DNA of 64,000 nucleotides from Mobula hypostoma (lineage: Eukaryota). A model generated the notes under the pieces. It was not told the DNA's origin. It made no database searches and worked only from the letters and a program-made list of their open reading frames with translations. Position 1 is the stretch's first letter; each line of letters starts with the position of its first letter. Of the stretch, positions 48,301 through 60,300 are shown in pieces. Location: contig NC_086108.1 of the NCBI RefSeq assembly GCF_963921235.1, positions 42,472,001 to 42,536,000 of the forward strand, read 5' to 3'. Position numbers and translations under genes: made by a program.

Positions 48301-51300
48301 CCTGCCTGTTACTTCTCCCTGGGTCCCTTCCTCCTTCCCTTTCTATTGTGGTCCACTCCCCTCTCTTATCAGATTCTTTCTCCAGCCCCTGACCATTCCC
48401 ATCCACCTGGCTTCACCTATCACCTTCCAGAGAGCCTCTTTCCCCCTTCCCCACCTTTTTTATTCTGGCATCTTCCCCCTTTCCTTCAGTCCTGAAGAAA
48501 GGTCTCAGCCCAAAAAGTCAACTGTTTATTCTTTACCATAGATGCTGCCTGACGTGCTGATTTCCTCCAACATTTTGTGTTTGCTCTTTTGCAGTAGTTG
48601 TAATTTTGCAAAAAAAACTCAAGAGAAATATCAATGCATTAAAAAAACTAGCAAAGTGACACCATTGTTCAAAGCAGTGAGAGGGCCAAGAACAAAATTA
48701 GCCAAAACATTATTCAAATCATTTAGGAAGTAATAATAGTTTATTTGGAAGAAATCGATGTATCAAGGCAAGTCAGCATGGCTTCATGAAAAGGAAACTG
48801 GGTGCTGTATACTACTACTAGGGCTCAAAAACCCCTCCCATTCACTTTCTGTCATCCCTACTGTTCAAGGGGAAGATAGGCATGAAAGGATATGGTGTGG
48901 GAAAAGGACAAGGTTGTACCATGTCATGAAATACTGTAGCCAGAGGCCCACCAAGGAAGCAGTACAGAATTTCTCTAAAATTTACACAGACCCTCAAAAC
49001 TCTAACAGTTCAATGCTGCAGAAAGTATTGATCTTTCTTTTTTGTGAAAGCTGGTGAACAAGGACAGTAAATGATAATAGTAAACAGGATCTCTTTAGCA
49101 ATAAGTTGAAAATAAAATGCAATGCATGAGAAGCTACATGGGACTAGCAGGATATGATACTGTTGAAGCCGTTTATGGTACATTGCCACTGACTCAGACG
49201 AGTTACGACTATTCTCTTCTGTGGAAAAGTAGGAGATAACTTAACCAGGGTGATTACAATGTACTAATGGACTATGATTACATTGGAGAAGTAAATCGAT
49301 CACAAGTGCTAGGATCTGTATCTTTTTGTTCCAGATAATAAATGGACCAGACAGCAAGTTGGAGAAGCAACAAAAAGATGATCATTACTGAAGAGCATGT
49401 CCACGCAGAATTTGCGTATTCAAGGGAAGCAAGTGTACTCTATGATTGGGGCAGGGGGAGATAAAGCAAGTGTACACACTTCTCAGTAGCTTGAGAATAG
49501 GTTTCAACTAAATACAAGGTGTTTTAACATGCAACAGTTCACTTCGGCTACTCTGACAATAGACTACATCTCAGCTCAAGTGGACATAGAGCCTGCACTT
49601 AACCCCACTCCAGCCAACAGCTTTGAAACTGGATACCCAGAGGCCCTTTTCATCAGTGCCGGTGACTTCAACTAGGTCAACTTCAGGAGTGTTACCAAAA
49701 TACCACCAACACCTCTCCTGTCCTACTCCATTGCTTAACAGCCTCAACCTTTGCTACATAATTATCAAAAATACTATAGAAAGCATCCTATCTGGATGGA
49801 GAACAGCTTGGTATGGCAACTCCTCTGTCCACGGCTGTGTAGCATCTTGTGGTCACAGGCACAGTTCAGTATCATTCTTTTGACTGTCAATACTTTTCAC
49901 TGCCTCAAGGCAGCCAGCACAATCAAAGATCCCATCCAGCCTTTCTTTCTTCTCCCCTCTCCCATCAGAAAGAAGATACAAAGACATGAAAGCACATACT
50001 TCTAGACTCAAGGACAGCTTCTGCCACACTGTATGATAAGTTGGACTCATGTCTTCATCATCTACCTCTTTATGACCTTACACTTTATTGTTTACTTGAC
50101 AGGTTGCACCGAAACTGGAGGGAAACCAGTATCCTGGCTAGGAGGTTTGCTGGTGCTACTCAGGAGTGTTTAAACCAGGTTGGCAGGGGGATGGGATTCT
50201 GAGCATCAGGTCAGAAAGTGGAGATATGGAGAGGAAAGCAGATGTCAGTGCTGGTAAAAACAGGCAGGAGTAAAGTTTGAAGTGTGTGTATTTTAATGCT
50301 GGGAGTACTATGAGTAAAGCTGATGAACTTAAGAGCATGGATCAGTATGTGGATCTATGATGTTATGGCCATTACAGGGACTTGGTTAAGAGAGGAACAG
50401 GAATGGGTGCTTGAAATCCCAGGGTTTTGAAGTTTTCGAAAAGATAGAGAGAGAGGTATAAGAGGTGTGGGAGTTCCACTACTAATCAGGGGCAATATCA
50501 CAGCTGCACTCAGAGGGGATATAACGAAGGGCTTGTCCACTGAGTCTATAAAGGTAGAATTCAAAAATAGGAAGGGTGCAATAACTCTGATGGGGGTGTT
50601 ATACAGACACCCCCCCCCGCCCCCCGCAAAAGCCACTGGGACATTGTGGGAGATACGCATACAGGTTAAGGAAAGGTGTATAAAACAATAAGGTTGCTGT
50701 CATGAGGGACTTCAACTTCCCTAATATAAACTGGGACCTTCTGAGTGGAAATAGTATAGATGGGGCAGAATTTCTTAGGGGCACCCAGGAGGATTTCTTA
50801 AATCAAAATATTGATAATCTAACAAGAGGAGGGGCTGTAATGGATCTGGTGTTGGGCAATGTACATGGCCAGGTGACCGACAATTAGGGGACAGTGACCA
50901 CAACCCCTTAAGTTTTAGGATAGCTATACACCAGGATAAGCATGAACCTTGCAGGAGAGTATTAAATTGGCGCAGGACAAATTGCATTAAGCAGGGACAA
51001 GGAAGAGTTCATTGGGAACAGCTATTTTTGGGCAAGTCCACATCTGACACGTGGAGAGCGCTTAAAGAACAAATGCACAGAGTACATGACAGGTGTATTT
51101 CACCTAGAAGGATGAACAAGGATGGCAAGGTAAGAGAATCTTGGATGTCAAGGGAAGTGATGAATTTAGTCAAGAAGAAAAAGGAGTAAGTAAAGCTTAG
51201 GAAGCTAGAATCAAACAGAGTCCTTGAGGATCATAAAAACCAGCAAATAACTCAAGAAGGGAATTAGGAAAGCCAGAAGGGGCTACGAAATGTCCTTGGC

Positions 51301-54300
51301 AAGTAGAATTAAAGAGAATTTCAGGGTACATACATCATTTCTATATATACATCAAGAGCAAAAGGATAACTAGGAAGAGGGTAGGATCACTCAAGGATAA
51401 AGGGGGAACATTTCCTTGGATGTGGAGGATGTGGATGAGGTCCTTAATGAGTGCTTTACATTAGTAATTACCAAGGAGGACATGGAGGATAAGGAGATCA
51501 GTGTTGAACATACGCATATGCCAGGGCATTGGGTCTCTTAAAAGCATTAAGGTTGACAAGTTTCCAAATCCTGATGGGATATAACCAAGTTTATTAACAG
51601 AGGGACGAGAAGAGATTGCTGGGGCCTTGACCAATATCTTCATGTCCTCTGTAGCCACAGGCAAGTAGTTAATGTTGTTTCATTATTCAAGATAATCCTG
51701 GAAACTAAAGACTGGTGAGTCTCATGTCAGTTTTAGGGAAGTTATTGGAGAGAATTCTTAAGGATAGGATTTATGAGCTTTTGGAAAACCATGGCCTAAT
51801 TAGGAAGAGCCCCATGGCTTTGTGCAAGGCAGGTCATGTCTTACTAACCTGACTGAGTTTTTTGATGAGGGTGTTGTATACATTGGTTCTAGTAAGGCAT
51901 TTGACAAGGTCCCTCATGGGAGACTCATGCAGAAAATTAAGATGCACAGGATCCATGATGACTTGACTGTTTCGATTCAGAACTGGCTTGCCCACAGAAG
52001 GCAGAGGATAGTGGTCAAAGGGACTTATTCTAGCTGGAGGTCTGTTATCAGCGGTATTCTGCAGGGATCTGTACTGGGACCTCTGCTGTTTGTGATGTAT
52101 ATAAATGACATGGATGAAAATGTAGATGGTGAGTTAGTAAGTCTGCAGATGATACAAAGACTGGCAGTGTTGTGGAAAGCATAGGCAACTGGCAAAGAAT
52201 ACAATGGAATATAGATCATTTGCAGATATGGGCAAAGAAATTGCAGGTGGAATTTAACCCAACCAAATGTGAAGTATTGCACCTTCGTGGGTCAAATGCA
52301 AAGAGACAGTACACTGTAAAAGGTAAGATCCTTAATGGTGTTGATGAGCAGAGGGATCTTGGGGTCCAAGTTCATAGTTCTCTGAAAGTGACTACAGAGG
52401 TTGATAGGATAGTTAAGACGACACATGGCCTGCTTGCCTTTATTGATCAAGGTACTGAGTTCCAAAGTCAGGAAGTTATGTTGCAACTTCATAAAACTCT
52501 AGTTAGGCTGCATCTTAAGTACTGCATACAGTTCTGTCACCCCATTATAGGAAGGATGTCAAGGCTCTACAGAAGGTGCAGAAGAGGTTTACCAAGATGT
52601 TGCCTGGTTTAAAGGCCATGTGCTATAACGAGAGTTTGAACAAACGTGGGTTGTTTTCTCTGGAGCGCCAGAGGCTACAGGGAGATCTGAAAAAGATGTA
52701 TAAGATTGAGAGGCAGAGATAGAGTATTCAGACAAATATCTTTTTCCAAGTGTTGAAATGTCTAATACCAGAGGGCATGCATTTAAGGTGAGGTGGTGTA
52801 ATTTCAAAGGAGATTTGAGGAGCAAGTTTTTCTCCCCCCACTCGGAGTGGTGGGTGTCTGGAATGCACTGCCTGGGGTGTGGTAGAGGCAGATACATTAG
52901 GGACTCTTAAGAGACACTTAGATAGGCACATGAATGTGAGAAAAATGGAAGGATAGGACATTGTGTCGGTGGAAGAGATTGGTTTAATTAGCCATGTAAT
53001 TATTAATTTAATTAGTTTGATGCAATATTGTGGGCCAAAGAGCCTGTTCCTGTGCTGTACTGTTCTCTGTTGCCCTGCACTTTCTCAGTAGTGATTAGAC
53101 CATTCTGCATTGTTATTGCTTTACCTTGTTCTACCTTAGGGCATTGTGTAGTGGTCTGATTGATATGAACTGCATGCAAGACAACCTTTTTTACTGTATC
53201 TCAATAGATGTGACAATAATAAAAAAGGAAACAAATTTTAGCCCAACACAAAAAACACTATCATCTTTTGGATGAACCAGATAACTTCCATCTACAGCTC
53301 ACCTGGTATCTTTAAAAGTAATCAAATTTACAAGAAAAAAACTTCAGTGCTTTGTTTACACACATTTCTAACTGATTTAAAATGGAGAAAAGAAAATGGA
53401 TACGAATATTTTCAGGTTTTATTTCTTCTTGGTTTAAGAAATGCTGAAGTACTAAAACACCGAAAGCATTTCAAAGAGAAGGTCTGACAAATTTGTGCTG
53501 TTGTTCATCTACCCCTTTCAACATGCTGTTAGTTGAGCATTCCTAAAAAGCAGCATCTTTCTCTCATAAATAGATTGGGCTGGATTTAAGATATCACACA
53601 TTTACCTAAATTAGCAGTTGCACATAGAAAACAGCAACCATTTCTTCAGCAACAACTAAATCTGAGTCTCAGCTGACTCAGATTACACGTTTCTCAATAT
53701 CCATCCATATTTTATTACATCATTAATTTTTAAGCCAGTTATTCAATAGCACTGCATTTAATTCAGATCCATTTCAACTACTGGAGGTTTAAGCCTTTGT
53801 ACTGAAAGAAGATGAACAGTTTAAAAACACCATTTATAATCAGCTCAAGACAAAAACCAAGGCAATCAAAATACTGTAGGGTTAGTTATGAAATTTCCAG
53901 TAATTGACCTACTAGTTTTGGGTTAACAAGCAAGAAAGTAAAAACTTCAGGCTTACCCTGAGTTCAGTGGGCAATGCCACTGGTAGTACTGCTTATGGCT
54001 TGGTAATTACCTACTCTGATTGTGATTGGCTGACTTTGGGTATCAGTTGCACTCAGGATTTTGTTTTAAATAGTTGATGGTGTCAGGGGTCATATCAGAA
54101 GAAACAACCTACACACAAGCTCAGGTGAGAAAGGGGCTAGAAGGCTTCCTAAAGAAACTGACCATAAAGTACCGCCTAAAAGGAGTATTGATAACTCCCA
54201 ACATTTTGTGAAGTTGTTGCACATTTAACTCTTCTGATGAAAGCAGTTAATGTCATTGGACACTTTCAAACAGAAGAATGAGGCCAGGCACCATCAGAAA

Positions 54301-57300
54301 CTAAGATTTTTACTAAGATTGTGGAGGGCAAGCTAGCACCAGGTTACACTTTTCTAGATGCTTATTTTCAACTTGCCAAAAAATATTGCTTGATTTTGTG
54401 GATGTAAGTGTAGTTGTAGAGGATAAGGATATAGTCCACAGTCATCATGATGATACATTTAGTAGGCTTTTAAGAACATAGAACAGTACAGCACTGGACA
54501 GGCCATAATGTTGCACAGATCATGATGCCAATGTATACCACATATATCCTTTCCCTATATATCATCCCTATTGCCCCATTCCCTTCATATTCATGAGTCT
54601 AAAACAGGGGCCCCCAACCTGGGTTCCAGGGACCCCTTGGTTAATGGCAAACCTCCATGGCATAAAAAGGTTGAGAGCCCCTGGTCTAACTCTCCCAAAC
54701 TGTCTGCATCCAGTACTACCCCTGGTATATCTACATGGAGTGCTGCCAAAGGAAGTAGCATCCATTAAAGACCAACATCCAGGCTACGCCCTCTTCTCGC
54801 TACTACCTGGAGGTACAGCTCTTCTCTACCTCAAAGGGTAACAGCTGCAGAGCCTTTAGGTCCCACACCACCAGACTCAGGATCATTTATTACCCTACAA
54901 CCACCAGGCTCCTAAACCAGAGTGGATAACTTCACTTACCACTAATCTGAACTGATCCTACAATCCACAGACTCACTTTCAAGGACTCATTATCTCAATA
55001 TTACTTCTACAATTCATCTTTTTGAACATTGGTGTTTGTATGTCTCTATTTTTTTTTTGTAAAATTCTATTGCATTTCTTTTTCCTGTATGTGCCTGCAA
55101 GAAAATGAATTCCAAGGTAGTATATGGTAATCCATGTACTGCAATAATAAATTTACTTTGAACTCATTTTAGACACCTACCACTCTGTCTAATATTAAAA
55201 ATAAATCAACCGTTCTGACTTTAACATTTCTATCCTGGGGAAAAGACAGGGACAACTCTGGTAGAGCCTGACTGCTTTAATTCTGGTGTTGACGGTTTTA
55301 AGTGAGATCAACATGATGATCAATATTTTAGATCATTTCTATTACTCTTGGCTAACATGCAGGAAATATTAAGAATAGTCGCATTGATCTTATTCTAAAC
55401 ATAAGCAATCCAATTCAATTGAAAAACATTGACAATTAGGACATATATCACTATTAGCCCTATATTACTCGAGGTGTTGGTAAAATCATGGCTAGGCAAT
55501 TGGCTGAAGCATTCACCCTAGATGTACAGAAAGGGTTTTTCTTAAGCTGCAATTCCAAGTGTTATTAAAATATCTTGATTATGAATAATTAGCAAGGTCC
55601 ACAAGGAATATGAATAGATTGGTAGAGGTTTTTTGAAATATCTTTATCTTTATCATTCAAGGCCTTTGACCCTATAGGCTACAAGTTTAAGGATTTTGGC
55701 TGCGTGGGAGTCTGTGTCAATTTTATAAATCGAATTTTAGGCTTTTTTTACTCTAAACTTTTATTGACACTACCCTTATCATGAGGGCATTTAATCACAG
55801 CTAAGTTCTCTCTCCCAAACATCTTATTTAATGAAGTAATGGACATAGTCTTCTCTTGATAGGGAAGTGTTGCTCATCTAGAAGACTGCAATATATGGTC
55901 TACAACCTTGGCTTTTGCTGACATTGCCCTTGAGTAACTGTCACAATGGGGATGGTAGCACAGATGGTAGAGTCACTGCCTGTCAGAGCCAGAGACCTCA
56001 GTTCAATCCCAAACTTAAGTGCAGAGTTTGCATATTCTCTTTGTGACCACAGAGGTTTCTGCCAGGTGTTCCAGTTTCCACCCACTTCCCAAAGTAGGTT
56101 ATTTGCCCACTTTATGTTGCTCCTAGCATGTAGATGAATCCAGGGGAAGGAGAGGGGTCATGGGTGCTGGCACTTAATGACACTGTGGGATCAATGGAGA
56201 ATTTGTGTTAATGGGTGGCTGATGGTCAGTGAAGACTGCATGTGACAAAAGGCCCCTATATGTGCTGTATCCCTCTATGACCATGTCAACAAGCCTTAAT
56301 CCTGTTGAAAATAATGACAATAAAACTGCAATTTAAAAAAATTTAATATAGTGGATTCCGGTTAATCGGAACACATCAGGTCTAGTGCATTTGGGCCCAA
56401 TTAAGTAGCTGCCCCAATTAGCTGAAGTTTCATAGAAAGTTAAAATGGCATAAAAGACAAACTATTGCTTAACTGAGTAACAAATTGTGTATTTAAATGA
56501 AATACAGAACAAATTAGAACATTACCACTACAGTACCATAAAATTGTATTAGCTCTAATAGTTAGACAGTAATCCATCCAGTGTATGCTTCCACGTTCTT
56601 TTAATTGACTGTAAAGGAACAAAAGTAGCATAGACACCTAGTGCAGATAATGGACAGCCCTCAAACAATGATTTGATGATTGAATCCTCCAAGTTTTCAT
56701 TTTCATTGCAACATCCAAGATGATTGTCGATACTTTCAAATTCTTCATAGTTCCTAACTTGTAGTAGTGAAACAGTTTTATTTTCACTCCCAGCTATTTC
56801 TGGCATCTCCAAGCCTCAATCCTTGAAACTGCAGTGAGCAAAACTGTTCTGAATTGTCTTACTTCTTGCCAACTATCAGTGACAAAAATAGCTGTTTTTT
56901 GAACACAACCGCATGTAAATGATACTACTTAAAGCTGTTTGCTCTCAAGAGAGGCCATGTTCTCTTCTTATTGCTGCCATCAGGAAGGTACAGGAGCCTC
57001 AAGACCCATACCTCCAGTTTCAGGGTCATTTTTACCCCTCAACCATCAGCCTCTTGAACCAGAGGTGACAACTTGACTCGCTTCATCACTGAACTGTTCC
57101 CATTGAGCAGAACTCACTTTCAAGGACTCGTCATTCCATGTTCTCAGTACTTATTGCTTATTTATGATTTCTCTTTGTATATGCAGAGGTTGGATTTTTT
57201 TTGCATACGTTGTTGTCCACCCTGATGGGTGCGATCTTTCATTGATTCTATCGTGTTTCTTGTATTTACTATGAATGCCCACAAGAAAATGAACCTCAGG

Positions 57301-60300
57301 TTTGTATATGTATTTTACTAAAAAAAAATGAACCTTCAAACAAGCACAGTGTACTGTTTAACAGCCCACCAGCGCACGTGACTGATGCTAGTTAGAAACT
57401 CATTCAGCAACAGTCTCCTGCCCCAATTTAGCAGCAGAATGTCCCAAATAAGCAGCTGCCCCAATCGACCAGAATCCACTATACTGTATAAAGCACACAA
57501 CTTTAATATTAATCACATTAAGTGATCTATAAAACATAGCAATTTAGAATTTATTGAGCAGCGATCTTTAGAAAATTATTTAGCTGCCTGCATCAACCAT
57601 GGCTAGGTAAATTAGAATGTTTGTCATACAGTTTGTTAAATAACTAAATAAAAGTTTCTAAATTGGTGTTCTTTAATTTTTTTTCATGATTTGTAGCATA
57701 TACTATTCCTCAATTCTTCATTAAAATATTTTGGAATAATTAAGTAGACAAAATAATTATTAGAAATTATGTTAAAGGATATTTTATATTTTCCTCCATG
57801 CATTAAGGTCAGCTTTCAATTCTAGTGTTAAAGACAGTGGTCTTGGCCATCCAAATTTGGAAGTTAAGATTACTAAGAAATTGATGTTTCCTTTAAAACA
57901 AAGGTTAACAGTGGCTTCATCTTTCAAGTTTGCAGTTTTCAGTTTAAAGGAATCCACTGTCAAAGAATTTTAACTATCCAAGAGCCAACACTGTTAATGA
58001 TTATGCATCAGTTAATGAAGTTGATCCAATAGTTGTTCCAGCAGGGAAAGGCCATATACAGTATGATCAGCAACTGGTGAAACTGAACACCCAAGCACAG
58101 TTGCCCCATCAAAGACATTAGCAGTATTAAAACTACTCATCTTCTAGAAGTCAGATCAAAGTATTTGTTCCTTTTAAGACCTATCCAATCAAAACAACGT
58201 AGCAAGATTTGCAGAAGATACCAGTCCATCCTTGAAACCTTGGAGCAATAAGCAAGAGATAGTACTGCTCGCTGAAGTCATGAGGTCAAGCAGCGAGTGA
58301 ATGCTCAACAGAATCCTTTGCCTCCACATACGTTACTTGACTCACGATTCTTACAACCAAATACAACCTTTGAACAGGTTTCTGACACTGCCTGGTGTTA
58401 ACAAAAACACCAGGATTAAGGATATAACTGTTGGAGATTTTATTACATAAAAGCCGCCCAAGCTGGATAATGTGATCCCAATGCTGTTTTTAAAACAAGT
58501 CCCTGCAATGGTCAATGTGTCTGAGAGACTAGAGGGTAATTTTGGATCTCTCAGAAAGGCCTTGGAAGTGAAAAATTGGCGAAGTGCACTTGTTTGCCGT
58601 GGGCCACAAAGGAAAACAGTCATGACAAATCAGTGAGATTCTTTGGTTTTCTTATTAGCACAAGAAATAAATGGCTCCTGGACTACAGCAAATGAAATTT
58701 CCCCAAGATCACCAGATTCAAGGGTATTCCTGCACATGTTTTGATCTCAATTGTACCTAAAGCAAGATTTTTATGGATTGTTTTTCCATGTTTATATTTG
58801 CTTTAATTTTGTAATAGATTTTAGTATTGAACAGATAAATCAAATGTAAATAACTTTATGTGCTTTACTTTAAAATGAGGTTTTAACCTTGGCGTTTGAT
58901 CACTAATGGCCACTTCTTTAAAAAAAAAACACCATTTCCAGCTAATCATTGCATTTGTAACTCTGGCAGATCAGCTTGTCTGAAATCCAAAAGAGATACA
59001 GTGCCTATTAAAAAGTATTCACCCCCCCCCACAAGTTTTCATGTTTTATTGTTTTACAACATTGAATCACAGCGGATTTAATTAGGCTTTTTTGACAACA
59101 GTAAACAGATCAACAGAAAAAGACTTTCATATCAAAGTGAAAACAAACCTCTACAAAGTGATCTAAATTAGTTACAAATATTAAATGCAAAATAATTGAT
59201 TGCACAAGTATTCGCCCCCTTCAAGTCAGTACTTAGTAGATGCACCTTTGGCAGCAATACAGACTTGAGTGTGTGTGAATAGGTCTCTTATCAGCTTTGC
59301 ACATCTGGACACTGCCATTTTCCCTCCATTCTTCTTTACAAAACTGCTCAAGCTCCATTTGATTGCATGGGGATTGTGAATGAACAGCCCTTTTCAAGTC
59401 CAACCATAAATTCTCAATAGGATTGGGGTCTAGACTCTGACTTGGCCACTCCAGGACATTAACTTTGTTGTTTTTAAGCCACTTCTGTGTAGCTTTGGCT
59501 TTAAGCTTGGGGTCATTGTCTTGCTGGAAAACAAATCTTCTCCCAAGTTGCAGTTCTCTTTCAGACTGCATCAGGATTTCCTGTATTTTGCTGTATTCAT
59601 TATACCCTCTACCGTCACAAGCCTTCCGGGGTCTGCTGCAGTGAAGCATCTCCATAGCATGATGCAGCCACCACCATGCTTCACGGTAGAGATGGTGTGC
59701 TTTTGATTATGTGCAGTGTTTGGCTTACGTCCAACATAGCTTTTAGTCTGACAGCCAAAAAGCTCAATTTTGGTTTCATCAGACCATAGAACCTTCTTCC
59801 AGCTGGCTTGTCTCCCACATGCCTTCTGGCAAACTCTAGCTGAGATTTTTTTCCAACAGTGGCTTTCTCTTTGCCACTCTCCCATAAAACAGCAACTGGT
59901 GAAGCACCTGGGCAACGGATGGTGTACGTGTAGTCTCTCCCATCTCAGCCACTGAAGCTTGTTATCCTTCCAGAGTTGTCATAAGTCTCTTGGTGGTCTC
60001 CCTCACTAGTCCCTTTCTTGCATGGTCATTCAGTTTTTGAGGATGGCCTGCTCTAGGCAGATTTACAGCTGTGCCATATTCTTTCCGTTTCTTGATAATT
60101 GGCTTGACGGTACTCCCAAGGAATATACAGTGACAGAAATTTTCTTGTATCCATCTCCCAACCTGTGCTTTTCAATAACCTTTTCAGATTGCTTGGAATG
60201 TTCTTTTGTCTTCATGGTGTAGTTTTTGCCAGGATACTGACTCACCAGCAATTGGGCCTTCCAGATACAGGTGTATTTTTGTTACAATCAATTGAAACAC

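Noticed and set aside
53951..54040. Alternative GPSM2 first exon (minus-strand donor AGG|gtaagc at 53957 with a nearby CCAAT)
   Set aside because: Only short motifs, with stops in the joining frame and no CpG island; not distinguishable from chance.
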